Part shown: positions 1 to 11,662 of the stretch, piece after piece
Numbering within the stretch: the stretch's first letter is position 1
Layout of the letters: each line of letters opens with the position of its first letter
NCBI GenBank assembly: GCA_001179505.1
Contig: CDMY01000345.1
Span: forward strand, 1-64,000
Length of the DNA stretch: 64,000 bases
Direction of reading: 5' to 3'
Source: Vitrella brassicaformis CCMP3155
Taxonomy: Eukaryota; Protista; Chromerida
Notes under the pieces: generated by a model
Databases searched by the model: none
What the model was told of the DNA's origin: nothing
What the model saw: the letters and a program-made list of their open reading frames with translations, nothing else
Program-made: the position numbers and the translations under genes

Positions 1-2957
1 CGCGGCCGGGTCAGCGGCTGCCCACTGCCGCCTCATCAGCGTCAGTAACCACCGTGAGGGCCCATTTGCACCGTCAGCCCCACCCGTCAGGTTCGGCCTG
101 CCTGCGCCCCACGCAGGACCGTTCCACCCCCACCTCCCCATCAGAGGACTGCCATACGTCCATTTCACCGGTCATCACAAGAAATATGCCCTTGGCTTCC
201 ACATGCCGTGGCATCACATCGCCCCCAACTCGCATCCTGAGGGCACCAGGGCCAGCAGTAATGGGCAGCAGGACCATGTGACCACTCCCAAGCTCACGGA
301 CATGTCGGCCATGCATGGTAGCATCGTTCGTAACGGCAGCAGGATCATTCCCACACCGACACTTGTGCCGCTGGGGGGTTGTGAGAAAGATGGCCTGGCG
401 CGGGGACGACTGGGCATCGTAAAGGGCAGCCACTGCGCACACAAACAGAGCCAACAGGTCAGCCAGTCAGTGGATGGATGAAGACGCAGCATCAGGGAAT
501 GTACGGTATTGTGTGGGTCATGATGCATGCAGGTTTGCAGTGCGTCACCGCCAATGGTGCCCCCCCGCATCAGGCATCTGGACCCTGCTCCAGCTCCGGG
601 GTCTCGCATGCCCCGGCTGTGTGCCGAGGAGAAGGCCCCTGCAGACAATACTATCATCACCACCACACAGATGGTTAGACAGACAGACAGACAGACAGAG
701 AGGCTGGTACGCACCCATGGCTGTGGCTGTGTGCGTGGGTGGGGTTTCTCTTTGACAGGTTGACCAACGTGTCAGCACTGAGATCGCATCCTGCCTGGTC
801 CACCCTGTCGTCCAAAGCATGAGCCGTCTCGCCAGCCGTGCGACGCAATCGCAGCATCCCCCCACCGCCCCACCGCCCATCGATCCCACCACCACTATCA
901 CCACCACCACTGCCAAGGATAAGGTCATCTTCCTCGACTTGGACGACACACTCATCCCCAGCCACTATGTGGAGTCGCTAGGCGTCCATCGGCTTCTCTG
1001 TGAGTACGTGGACAATGGCGGGGCCAGCGGCGGCCGGGCCACGTTCGGTGGGGGGCAGGGAGAGAGGGGGAGGGTGGATGAGATCATCAGGGTGTTCGAG
1101 GAGACTGGTAGGGAGGCGGCGAAGGTTGTCCAGACCTGCAAGGAGGCAGGCTGGGATCCCATCCTCATCATTAACGGCAGCCAACGATGGTCAGCTGACT
1201 GGTCCACCTTCCTCCCTGTTCATGTCTCATTCTGTCCTGCCTCTGTGTGTGTATGTGTGCAGGCTGGACGCCACTCTGCAGCCCGGGGCATTCGAGCGGC
1301 TAAGCCGCGCTCTCGCGGATAATAACGTGCCGGTGGTCAGCGCCCGCCAACGGGCGAGGGACAGGCTCATCCGCCCCCATATGGACGCCCCCACCCAGAC
1401 AAAACACGACAAGGAGGGCCACCAGGAGGTTTCGAAGGTAAACAAACGGGCCGGCACCGTAGTGAGCGTCAGTCGAGATGGATGGATGGATGGATGTCTG
1501 CAGACGATCGCTTTACTGGAGGAGGTGGGCAAGAGGCCCGGCATCACCCACGTGGCCACTGTGGGGGACAATGTGTGGGATCTCATGCCGGTGGATGAGA
1601 TCAAGAGGTGACAAGATGATGACCAAACAAACACACCTGTCTCTGCATGTCTCTCTGTCGCCTTTTCTTTTTGCAGACGGCGCCCTGACGTTTCGGCATG
1701 CAAGATACGCATGGCGCACCGACTAGGACCGACACCTTTCATCAACGTGAGCACCCCCTTACCCTCCACCCCGTTTCCCCACCATTGTTTTCATTGACTC
1801 CTCCGTGCTGTGCAGCAATTGCGCTGCCTCAACGAAGCCCTTCCAGCCATCTTATCAGCCACAGAGGAGGGACGCACCCCCACAGACCACAATTATGTCC
1901 TGGTACGCAACGCATCCCTCTCTCACAGAGAGAGAGAGAGTGAGAGAGAGCAAAGGAACGGGTTTTTCTTTCTGTTGGCTTGGGTACGTCTCGCTCTGCA
2001 GAGGCCGGTGGGTCCTGGCTCGGGTGGTGAGTTTGAGGCCCACCGAGAGGTCGATGGGGTCGCACCAGGGCACCAGGAGTATGTTGCTTGCCTACGAAAG
2101 CACCGACCAAACAGACTGGACTACACGGTGAGTACCGTACTTCTAGGTCACTCACAACCAAACCCAAGACAGACCGGCACTTAGGGCCTTTACCCCTCTG
2201 TGCACTGTGTGCTCTGTGTGTGTGTGTGTGTGCAGTGTCTCGACGAGTACATGGACCTCAACGCGCCGCCAGACCATCACCCCCTCCCCCCCACCGACCC
2301 CCACAAGCCGCCCACATGCGGGAAACTCGTCAAGAGAGCCCTCGCCACCCACACCCACAGGATGTCAAGAGGCGGGTCGGCATGGCCCATGAGGACGACC
2401 AACAATGGCGTCACAGGGAGGCCTCCATCGACAAGGCCATCGAGGCACTCATCGGCCAAGAAGGGCCTGAGAGCCTCAGCGACCAGGGCCAGCGCGGAGG
2501 CACAAAGCTTGTGGGATTGGCTGGGGCGGGGAGTGGGGGTGCCGGTGGGGGCGGGTCGGCTCACCGCCGAGTCGGCATGTCCCGTGAAGACGCCGACAGA
2601 CCCGCCGAGGCCACCAAGGTGGCGACGGGCAGTGCCGTCCGCCACCCTGGTGGCTTTGTTGCGGTGCATGTCCACCACCCGATGGTGCACATGGGCATGC
2701 AGCAGCAACGACATGCCCCAGCCACAGCCACAGCAAGGCTCGTGCCGCACAGGGGGACACTGGCCGCCGTGGGAAACAACACCAACTGGGTGAGGAAGAA
2801 AGACATACATTCCTTCCTTGATATGAATGTGTGTGTGTCTGTCTGTGTCTTCGTGTCTCCTCTGTCGCTCCCTCAGGTGACGCCTTACGTAGTGATGCGG
2901 CCCCCAGCCGGCCTGCCTGTCTGGCCGCCCTTGCCGTGCCGCACACGGGAGCCGTGA
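1..2957 (+). CDS. HAD-superfamily hydrolase-like protein, 5' end outside window, multi-exon
   Basis: Frame open from base 2; GT-AG introns 419-532 and 674-758 join in phase. Motif I KVIFLDLDDTLIPS, motif II-like LIINGSQRW, motif IV-like ATVGDNVWD. Low-complexity C-terminal exons, with an apparent 1-nt frame change near 2350-2360. Confidence 0.7.
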
Positions 2958-3099
2958 GGGGCGGCCCGAGGAGAAATGGGTGTGTGTTGATGTCTAGACG
3001 CGACACATACCGGGGGCGCCCGACAGGGTGCGTGTCTGTCGATGGACGCTCAACATATGCGACTGCTTAGCATTACCGGTTGACGATGCCGAGATTCGA

Positions 3100-3513
3100 T
3101 TTGGAGGAAGAGCCGAACGAGACACAAAAGGATGGCATTGCATCCCTGCCTTCTGAGGCCGGCGGGAGGGAGAGAGGGAGACACAGACAACTGGATGGAT
3201 GGATGGATGGATGGATGGATGGATGGATGGATGCATGGATGGCTGAAAGATTGGTTGGAAGGACACGACCATCCGACATACGACAACTTTGACCCCATGT
3301 TGGCCAAAAGGAATTCACTCATCATCGCATATGAGGTCGTCTGTCCAGAACCATCGGCTGTGGTGCACAGCCGGTCACTCAAGCCAGTCCACCCACATCC
3401 CTCCCTCTGTGCCGCCTCTGAGGGCCGGGGCGGCTTCGCCAAACCACGCCAGCAGGGCCGCACACACCGCCAGCAGCACACACGGACGCGAGAAAGACCA
3501 ACAGGCACCAGGC

Positions 3514-3551
<38 letters not shown>

Positions 3552-3600
3552 GGAAGGAACGAGCCAGGCGAGGGGGTTATTTCTGGGTCTCAAACCCGTC
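3100..3600 (-). repeat. Inverted, internally deleted duplicate of the 21.3-24.9 kb region
   Basis: Reverse complement of ~3410-3600 matches ~21330-21630 (including the [21 protein letters not shown] coding stretch). Reverse complement of ~3100-3410 matches ~24620-24910. Confidence 0.85.
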
Positions 3601-3611
3601 ACCCAAACCCT
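3591..3611 (+). promoter_or_regulatory. Candidate promoter motif CAAACCCGTCACCCAAACCCT (tandem telo-box-like)
   Basis: About 50 bp upstream of ATG 3660; a 20/21 identical copy lies upstream of the minus-strand ATG at 8572. Confidence 0.35.
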
Positions 3612-3659
3612 TCAGATGGATGAGTTATCGCGTCTTCTGTTTTTGGAAGAAGCAGAGGG

Positions 3660-5993
3660 ATGGATATCGACGAAGGAGCAGAGGATGATGCCGCCGCTGT
3701 GCAATTAGCCGAGGCAGCTGCCGCTGCTGCACATGACGATGCTGAGATGGAAAATGGCACCATCTCTGGCGAGGCAGATCACTACGACATTGATCTCGTT
3801 GCTCTCTTCACACGGATCCCTCTGGTAAGTGCCAAAGAGCGCTCCCCTCTCCCCCTGCACACACAACACACGCCCGCTGCATAGATCTGACTGACGCGTT
3901 TTGTCGTGTGTGCGATGGTGCGTGTGTGTTGGTTCAGCCCATCCTTCTCACTTCCCTCTTCGCGTACATGCCGCTGCGGCAGCTCGTCGGCCTCCCCCGT
4001 CGCGTGTGGAGCGCACTGGCGCCCAACGTGACGCATCTGATCATCGACGGTCGGTTCGAGCCGGACAGGGCATTCTGGAGGAGAATGCCCTTTGAAGCGG
4101 CACGGTCATGGGGCAGGAGGCTCACCCACCTGACGTCAATCACACTGAGATACACTCTGACACTCTCGTGAGCCTTACCTTCAGACACACACGGGGATGC
4201 TCTGAGATATGTGTGTGTGTGTGTTCGTGTGTGTGTGTGTGTGTCTGGTTCAGGAACTATGCCATGGTCGCATTCGCCGGGGTGGTCGACGGGCACGCAG
4301 AGGGGCGAGCCGAGATGCTGGACAAAGCACGGGCCGCCGCCGAGGCGGCGAACCAGCAGCCCCCGAACATCCCGGCCGGCACGCTGAGGACCATCACGTT
4401 CGAGCAGGCTGACAGAACCGACATGAAGCGCGCAGAGATCATCCTGCTGCCCACCCTCCGCGCACAAGAGCCGACCATCCCGCCATCGGCTGGAGGTGAA
4501 CCGGGGGCCGCCGAGAACACCACCATGCCCCCTCGGCTGGCCCTCCCGTCCCTCCAGACCATCAGGGGTCTCCGCCCCGGCCACAGTGTGGTGGCGGCAA
4601 GGTGGAAGATGCCGGCGTTGCAGGACGTGTTGGACGCGAGAGCGGAGCCGGAGAGGAGTGCGCCGCCGCTGTCGGACCCCCTGCGGCTCCGGTTTTGGGT
4701 GTCGACATCGACCTCACTGCGGCGACTGGACGTCTGCTCGTCGCCGCGGCACAAGGCCATGGTGTTGGACAATGTGGGCGGCCGTTACAGTGGTGGTGGT
4801 GGTGGTGCCGGTGGTGATAAGGCCCGGCTGCTGGCCAACTTGGAGGATATTGGGACCATAGAGGTGAGTCATCGGCGCACACACAGTCACTTCATCACGG
4901 GTTCCTCTACTTGTGTGTGTGTGTGTGTGTGTGTTGGTGCAGTTTAGCCCTCACACACCTGTGGCACACGGCCTCAGTAGACTGGAGGCAAGCCGCAGAA
5001 TGAAATGCAACACGCCCCACTCTGCCACAATCACCTTTCTGTCTGTCTGTCTGTCTGTGTGTGCCGCCCTTCAGAGCGTCCTAGTTTCGCGCGGCTGCGA
5101 CGGCGTGCAGGGCCGTGGACTGACAAGCGTCAAGGTGGACATCACTGGGCGGCACACGAGAGCCGCTTCGACCACAGTAGAGGTGAGCAACACCCCACAG
5201 AGACACACACTCAGACACAGACACACCTCTCCTGACGCTGTCTGTGATGGTGCAGATGCTCGTCGCGTTGGAGAGATTCGTTGAGATGGTCTGGCGGTCT
5301 CGCACCGTCCAGATCACCCCAGGCGCCATCCCCCAGCCCCACATCAGCGCCTTCGACCTCACGGCCCTCCTCCGTCTGCCCCCAAATGCGACCCCATTCA
5401 TCAAGCAGACCATCACCCGCCTCGCCAAAGTCGCCCTCACAGTCGAGTGGCGCGTCAGCAATGCCGATCTGACCGACCAGCAGCCCCTCGAGTCGCCGAA
5501 CGAGGCTGTCAAAGAGGTCGCCGCCGCCATATCCTTCGCCAATACCGAAACCGTCTCCATCCAGTCAAACAGCCATTTTAACAACAACCAGCAGCAGCAG
5601 CAGCAGCAGATTGTTTCCCCCCGGCCCAATGCACTCGAGCACCTGGACGGCAGCCATGCCTTCCCAAAGGCCAAGGCCCTGTTGATCGACACGCCCTTCG
5701 GCTGCCACGCCGTGGGGCCTCTCATGCGGGCGATGCGCAGCACTGTGGAGAGGGTGGAGATGCTCTCGACGGGGGAGATGCCGTTGCCGGCGGAGGCCTG
5801 GGGCGTGTACCTGGCTGGCATGGGACCCCACACCACCCTCTCAGGCACCCTTAAGATGCGGGTCGAGGGCTGGGGAGAGCCCATCGACTGGGGCGACAGG
5901 GCCCACAAGATGCCCACTGTCAAAGGCATCGAACTCTACCTGACAGGTACACTTGTAGGTCAGCCACAGAGGGACGCACTGCACCGCACCCCA

Positions 5994-6033
<40 letters not shown>

Positions 6034-6377
6034 TGTGTGGTGCAGTGCCTGGCAATGTGGCTCATTCCCTGGCCGAGGAGGACGACTACTTCTATGCCTT
6101 CATCCAGCAGCTCATCAAGCTGCGGGGCCTCGACAGGTGAGAGAGACAGCAGCGCTGTGTGCCACTCCCTCATTTGTGTGCCCATCCATCCATCCATATG
6201 TGTGTGTGTGTCTGTGCATCGCCTCGGCCTATCAGGGTGGAGATAATGGAGCCGGTGGGCACCAGCCGCCGAGTGCTGCGCACCAGGTGCCCCAACAAGA
6301 CCATCGGCGACTTCACGATAGACTTCCACGGCTCACTGCGGCTCATCCGGACGACATGGACGAGCCGTGGCAGATAA
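3660..6377 (+). CDS. Hypothetical protein resembling the Vitrella lineage-expanded family (F-box-like N-terminus, LRR-like solenoid)
   Basis: Spliceable exons MDIDEG..TRIPL / PILLTSLFAYMPLRQLV.. / LPSLQTIRGL..WKMPAL..LRRLDV..LANLEDIG / ..FPKAKALLID.. / ..TTWTSRGR*. Family assignment is from memory. Confidence 0.65.
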
Positions 6378-7254
6378 TAACGAGTGTGTGAGTGCTGTGT
6401 GGTGCCCGACAGTCTGTTTGATTAACGTAGGCAGCTCGACGGCTGGATGCGGTCCGTCGGTCGCATGTGACTTGTACAGAAAGGGACGGACGGACTATGA
6501 GTGTGATTTCTGCTGCGTGTGTGATGCGATGCTTGTCGTGCGTGTGATGATGGTGGGTATCATAATAGAGGACTCATGGTATCATCATAGTCATTTGTAT
6601 GTCTTCTGGTATTCACTATTGACCCAGAAGACGTGACGTCTGTTCTGTGAGACCCACAAATACACACACATACACACACACACATATACACACATCACAG
6701 CCAGCGACATACATGAAGCTCGTGTCTGTCTGTCCGTCTGTCTCTGTCATGGTGTCCCCCACCCATCCCTCATCGCCCCTCCAGCCCCTTGGTCGAGCAG
6801 CTGGCCTACTTGGTCGAGCAACAGACCAATGCCTCAGGCCAGCTACCCTACCACTAAGCAAGAGTTGCTACGAAGAATGGCGGCAACTCGCAAGACGCAA
6901 CCACCTGCAGCGACGCCAGCTCTCTTCCCGGTAATCAGAATCAGTGTGTGGCGTCTTCACTCGGCCAATCGTGCTGTCTGGCTCAATCCCGACGACTGAG
7001 GATGGAGCCATGCAGCACAATCGCAGGACTGAACACGCCACCCAGCGGTCCAATGAGACAACAACCACACACGCACGAAACATCCACCCCTTCATCCGTT
7101 TGTCTGCCTGCCTGGGTGTGTCGACAAAGATACCCCCCCATCCGTATACACACTCACTGACCGACCGATTAGGCCACACACCGAAAAAGCCATATATCCG
7201 TCCATCTACTACCTCTGCACACTCATATTCGCCTCGCGGCCCTCCCTCCCTCTG

Positions 7255-8572
7255 TCATGTGCCATCGTCCAGGAAGCGCATAAAGGCCGTCTGGTCCCAC
7301 TCGCGCGCCAGTGTGCGCGGCTTCATGACCACCATGCCCCCCACTCGGCTGACCGTCTCGTAGAACTGACCGTCCATGCAAAGGCAAGCGACACACAGAC
7401 GCTCGTGTGTGTGTGTGTGTGTCTGTGTCTGTGTGATGGCTTCCCAGCCCCTAAACCCCACCTCGAATATGGGAGCGTAAGCCTCTCTGTCAGCGTCACG
7501 CAGCACCACCCGAGAGCGGTCATCGACGAACTTGAGGGCGTACAGCGCGGTTGCCACCCGGAAGCGGCCGTCGACAAAGATCACATCGAAGCGAGGGAGG
7601 CCGGGCTGCTCGATGGCCTGGATATAGGGCGACATGTCAACCCCGCTTGACGTCGGATAACCTGACAGACAGAAAGCAGACACACACAACCACAACCACT
7701 GCACTCTCCCTCCCTCCCTCTCTCCCTCTCCCTCTCTGTGGCCCACCCACCAGCCCACCCACCATAGGGATCGGTTTTGCCGGTGTTGGTGCAGATCAGC
7801 GTCAGGCGCCCCTGCCTCTCGTAGCACAACCACCGTGGCTCCTCCCTCATCAGCTGGCAGATCTCGGCCTTGTTCTCGGCCGACCAGACGTGCCTGGCCG
7901 AAGCCGCAGCGGCGAGGGTGCTCCAGCCGGACCCCCACTCGAAGTAGGTGAGGGTCCCTTTGGGCAGCAGCAGCTCGGTGAAGGCGCTCACCTCTCCAGG
8001 GGACATGTTGATGGGATCCCGCGAGCTGGGGACGGACTCGCAGTCCTCCACACCACTGATGCCAACCTGCGAAGAAGAGTTGTTGTTGCTAATGTTAATT
8101 AGGGATGATGTTGCGGCTGATGACGCAGCGGACAGCCTGCCGAACACTGATAAACCACACACAGCAGGCGCACACACAGGCAGAAAGAAGGCCTGTCCGT
8201 CTGTCTGTCTGTCTGTCCGCCTGTCGGTTCACCTGTCTTCTCCACATAGTTGCGAATGGCCGAGTAGTCCTGCAGTGTCAGCTGTGCCCTCCTGGTTATC
8301 TCAGCAGCCGTCCCCTGCAGCTCAACCAGGCTCTCGAGCAGCTCCCGCAGCTGCCGCGGCACACCACCAGACCTCCCGACGCCAGCAGCAGCGGCGGGGC
8401 GGAGAAACCGCCTCCTTCCCTCGCTGCTGCTGGCGTGCACCTGCACCTGCTGGTCGAGATCATGGTGCCAGCTGCTTGTTGAGGAGATCTGCATGAGGCC
8501 CAGGATGACGGCCGCCGAGCCCACACAGGCAAGCAGGTGGGCGAGCCGGAGAGAACAGACAGAGTGCTTCAT
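7255..8572 (-). CDS. Type II membrane class I SAM-dependent methyltransferase (Methyltransf_24 / DUF579-like)
   Basis: N-terminal anchor LAHLLACVGSAAVILGLM, stem region, motif I YFEWGSGWST, FDVIFVDGRFRVATAL and VVLRDADREAY. Four exons; stop at 7255. Confidence 0.75.
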
Positions 8573-8633
8573 TGTCAGCGGGATATGCGGGATATGAGGA
8601 CTCTCATCGCCAGAGTGCCCTCAGCGGCATGAC

Positions 8634-8654
8634 AGGGTTTGGGTGAAGGGTTTG
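8634..8654 (-). promoter_or_regulatory. Second copy of the candidate motif, CAAACCCTTCACCCAAACCCT
   Basis: Lies in the 117-bp gap between divergent ATGs 8572 and 8690; matches 3591-3611 at 20 of 21 positions. Confidence 0.35.
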
Positions 8655-8689
8655 GAACCCCACTCCTCATGTAAACATACCGTTCCCGG

Positions 8690-8976
8690 ATGACGCGTGC
8701 GTGGCTGGCCCTGTCCTCCTTTGTAGCGCTACGGTCCCTCCCGCTGGCCAGCAGCGGTGGCAGCCGCTGCATCGACCGGGACGACCTGCCTGTCAGGTAC
8801 TTGAGAGGAAGTGACTCACACACACGTGCACGCAGAGAGGGTGTGCCCTGTGTGTGCGTGTGTTTGTGCGTGTGCGTTGATCAGTGACATCTCGCAGCTG
8901 TTCAAGAGGTCCAAAAAAGAGCTGGACGCCATCTTCACCAGAGGCAAGTGCCAGCCAACCAGCCACACACACACAA

Positions 8977-9011
<35 letters not shown>

Positions 9012-9846
9012 CAGTGACACGTCTGTCTGTCTGTCTGTCTGTCTGCTGCGGGCCGTTCGTCGATCAGGGTGCATAGAGCAAGGCCAGTTCCCCATGGGCG
9101 TGACGAAGGGGGAGCTGGTGTGGGCCACCGGCGTCCTGCCGCCGGTGGCGCAGCTTTTGTACGGAGAGGCGTTCGAGCTCGTCTGGGAGGGCTCCTTCCT
9201 GCAGAAGACCGTCTGCGATGGGAGGGACTTCTTTTTCTATTTCTCGCTGCTCAACCCACTTGTCGATGGAGCAAAGGTCGGTCGGGTCGCTCGCCTCTGA
9301 GCCACGCACAGAGGGACAGAGAGAGAGAGAGATAGAGAGAGAGAGCGAGGGACCCACCATCTGTCCATCTCCATCTGTGTGTGTGTGTGTTGTGTTGGGC
9401 TGCAGCTGGGTGTGGGGCAGGTAGTGGCTATGCCCGCCAAGGCTGGAGTAGGGCGGCTGGCTGACCCCAAGGTGCGGCTGGACGACCAGCTCTCGTATGT
9501 CTATGACTTCGGCATCTCCAAGACAGAGGACTGCCTTGACCAAGTCTCGCCCTTCGGCCGACAGGTCACGTGCACCCGCACCAGAAACCACACACACACA
9601 CACACACACAAGAGAGAGAGACAGAGACTGACTCTTACACACTGGGTGCTTTGCTTGGTGCAGAGGTATCCGTTCGATAACGTCTTCCCCATAAATCTGG
9701 TACGCGAGGAGGGCAGGATAGTGGGGGTGGACGACACGGGCAGGACGATCGAGCTGCAGCGCGACTTCTTCGAGGTCCTCGACGGCATGCTCGTGCCGTT
9801 CCAGTACGAGGCGATGCTCGCCGGCCCTGGCGCCATTACACGGTGA
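8690..9846 (+). CDS. Secreted hypothetical protein, about 5 exons
   Basis: Signal-like MTRAWLALSSFVALRSLPLASS, with spliceable exons ..LVWEGSFLQKTVCDG.. / ..DDQLSYVYDFG.. / YPFDNVFPINLVREEGRIVG..AITR*. Confidence 0.65.
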
Positions 9847-10584
9847 CGACAAGACACATAGGCTCTCTCTCTCGGTGCGTGTGTGTGTTTGGAGCGGGCG
9901 TGATTGATGTGTCGCGAGAGGGCCCTCTAGGGGTCTGTGTGTGTGGGGGGCGGGGGGGAGAGAGGTGGTGGTGGTTTGGCAACACGTGACTTTGCCTGAA
10001 CTACTCGGCAGCCTCTCGTGTGTCCGTCTGTCTGTCTACGATCGACTGCACTGCACCTCATTCGCCATAAGACATGTGGGTGTGGTGTGTCTATAGAATG
10101 GCTGGCCAATTAATGACACATGGATGGATGGATGGAGGGAGGGAGGCAGGCAGGCAGAGAGGGAGGGAGAAACTGTCTGCTGCGCTTTCGGCTCACCCAT
10201 AATCAATAGGTACCGATCCATAAGCTGATGGTAGCAGGTAGCATTAACAGGGAGTCTGGCTGCAAACAGTCGTAGCAGCAGGTAGGGGCAGCTTACACAC
10301 ATTCCCACACACAATCTCACACACTCTCACACACAGGTAAGTAAGCAGTCATTCTTTCTTGTCCGGCCGGCACGAAAAAGACTCCCTGGCTGGCAGATCG
10401 ATGACAATGACATGACAGGTGCGTGCGTGGGAACGAGGACAGCATAGCGGAGCATAGCAGAGAGAGTCCACACCCACACACAGAAGGGTCGGTCGACAGG
10501 TGGGCAGGTCGTTTCGGTCGGTCTGGCTGCCTGTCTGTCTGTGCTGCCTCGGACAAAAAGGAGAGCACGCAATGACCCCCCCCC

Positions 10585-10884
10585 NNNNNNNNNNNNNNNN
10601 NNNNNNNNNNNNNNNNNNNNNNNNNNNNNNNNNNNNNNNNNNNNNNNNNNNNNNNNNNNNNNNNNNNNNNNNNNNNNNNNNNNNNNNNNNNNNNNNNNNN
10701 NNNNNNNNNNNNNNNNNNNNNNNNNNNNNNNNNNNNNNNNNNNNNNNNNNNNNNNNNNNNNNNNNNNNNNNNNNNNNNNNNNNNNNNNNNNNNNNNNNNN
10801 NNNNNNNNNNNNNNNNNNNNNNNNNNNNNNNNNNNNNNNNNNNNNNNNNNNNNNNNNNNNNNNNNNNNNNNNNNNNNNNNNNNN
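10585..10884. other. Assembly gap (300 N)
   Basis: Run of n. Confidence 1.
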
Positions 10885-11662
10885 CCCCCAAGACCCCTTC
10901 CCCTCTCCCCCCCTCCCCACACACACAGACACTCTCCCTCTCTGTCTGTCTGCCTGTCTGCCTCTCTGCGTCACTTGTCGACGCAGCAACCACCAACCAC
11001 CCCCCTGAGTGAGTGAGTGAGACAGCCCATATGCTCGCCTGCCTCACTGCCTGCCTTCAGGTCCATGCTTCATCCGGAGGTAGGTAGGTAGGTAGCCACA
11101 CATCCATGGATAAATGTCAGTCAACCAGGGTCAGGGGCACTCATGGATGGATGGAGGGAGGGATGGATGTGTCAGACAGTGTCTAGGTACTCGAGGTACC
11201 ACACACGCCCGCAAGCACACACGCACCAGTGAGGACCATCACCACCACCACCACCGGCAGCAGCAGCAGCAGCAGACAACGGCAGGAAGACGCAACGCAC
11301 GAGTGCGAGTGACAGCCACCAGGGGAATTGCCTCCCCTCCCTCACAAGCACACGCTCGCACACTCATGCATGGACGGCGAATGAATGTCTATGTCGCTAC
11401 GCTACGCTACGCTACCAGCCAGTCAGTCGGCATCAAGGAATGCAATGCCCCCTCTCTCCCTTGCTACCTGAGAAGGTGTGACGCCCACCCACGCTCTGGA
11501 CATAGATCGGGAGAGAGAGGGAGAGAGGGAGGGAGGGACTGGCCAGGCCACTAGTGACGCGCACACACACGGGAAGACAGATAAAGGGGCCGTTAGAGAG
11601 GGGGGGAGGGAGTGGGGTTAGAGAGAGAGAAGAACCGAGGATCGTCTCGTCTCGCCGGTCGG

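Noticed and set aside
6600-6860. Possible orphan exons (DPEDVTSVL|PLVEQLAYLVEQQTNASGQLPYH*) and a GTCTTCTGG/CCAGAAGAC hairpin
   Set aside because: No start codon or link to a neighbouring gene; too short to support a call.
10334-10344. ACTTACCTG on the minus strand, like the U1 snRNA 5' end
   Set aside because: It is simply the complement of a donor-like CAGGTAAGT; no U1 stem-loops or Sm site follow.
9860-11650. Possible small gene around the first gap
   Set aside because: Isolated splice-like signals but no protein-like frame; interrupted by Ns.
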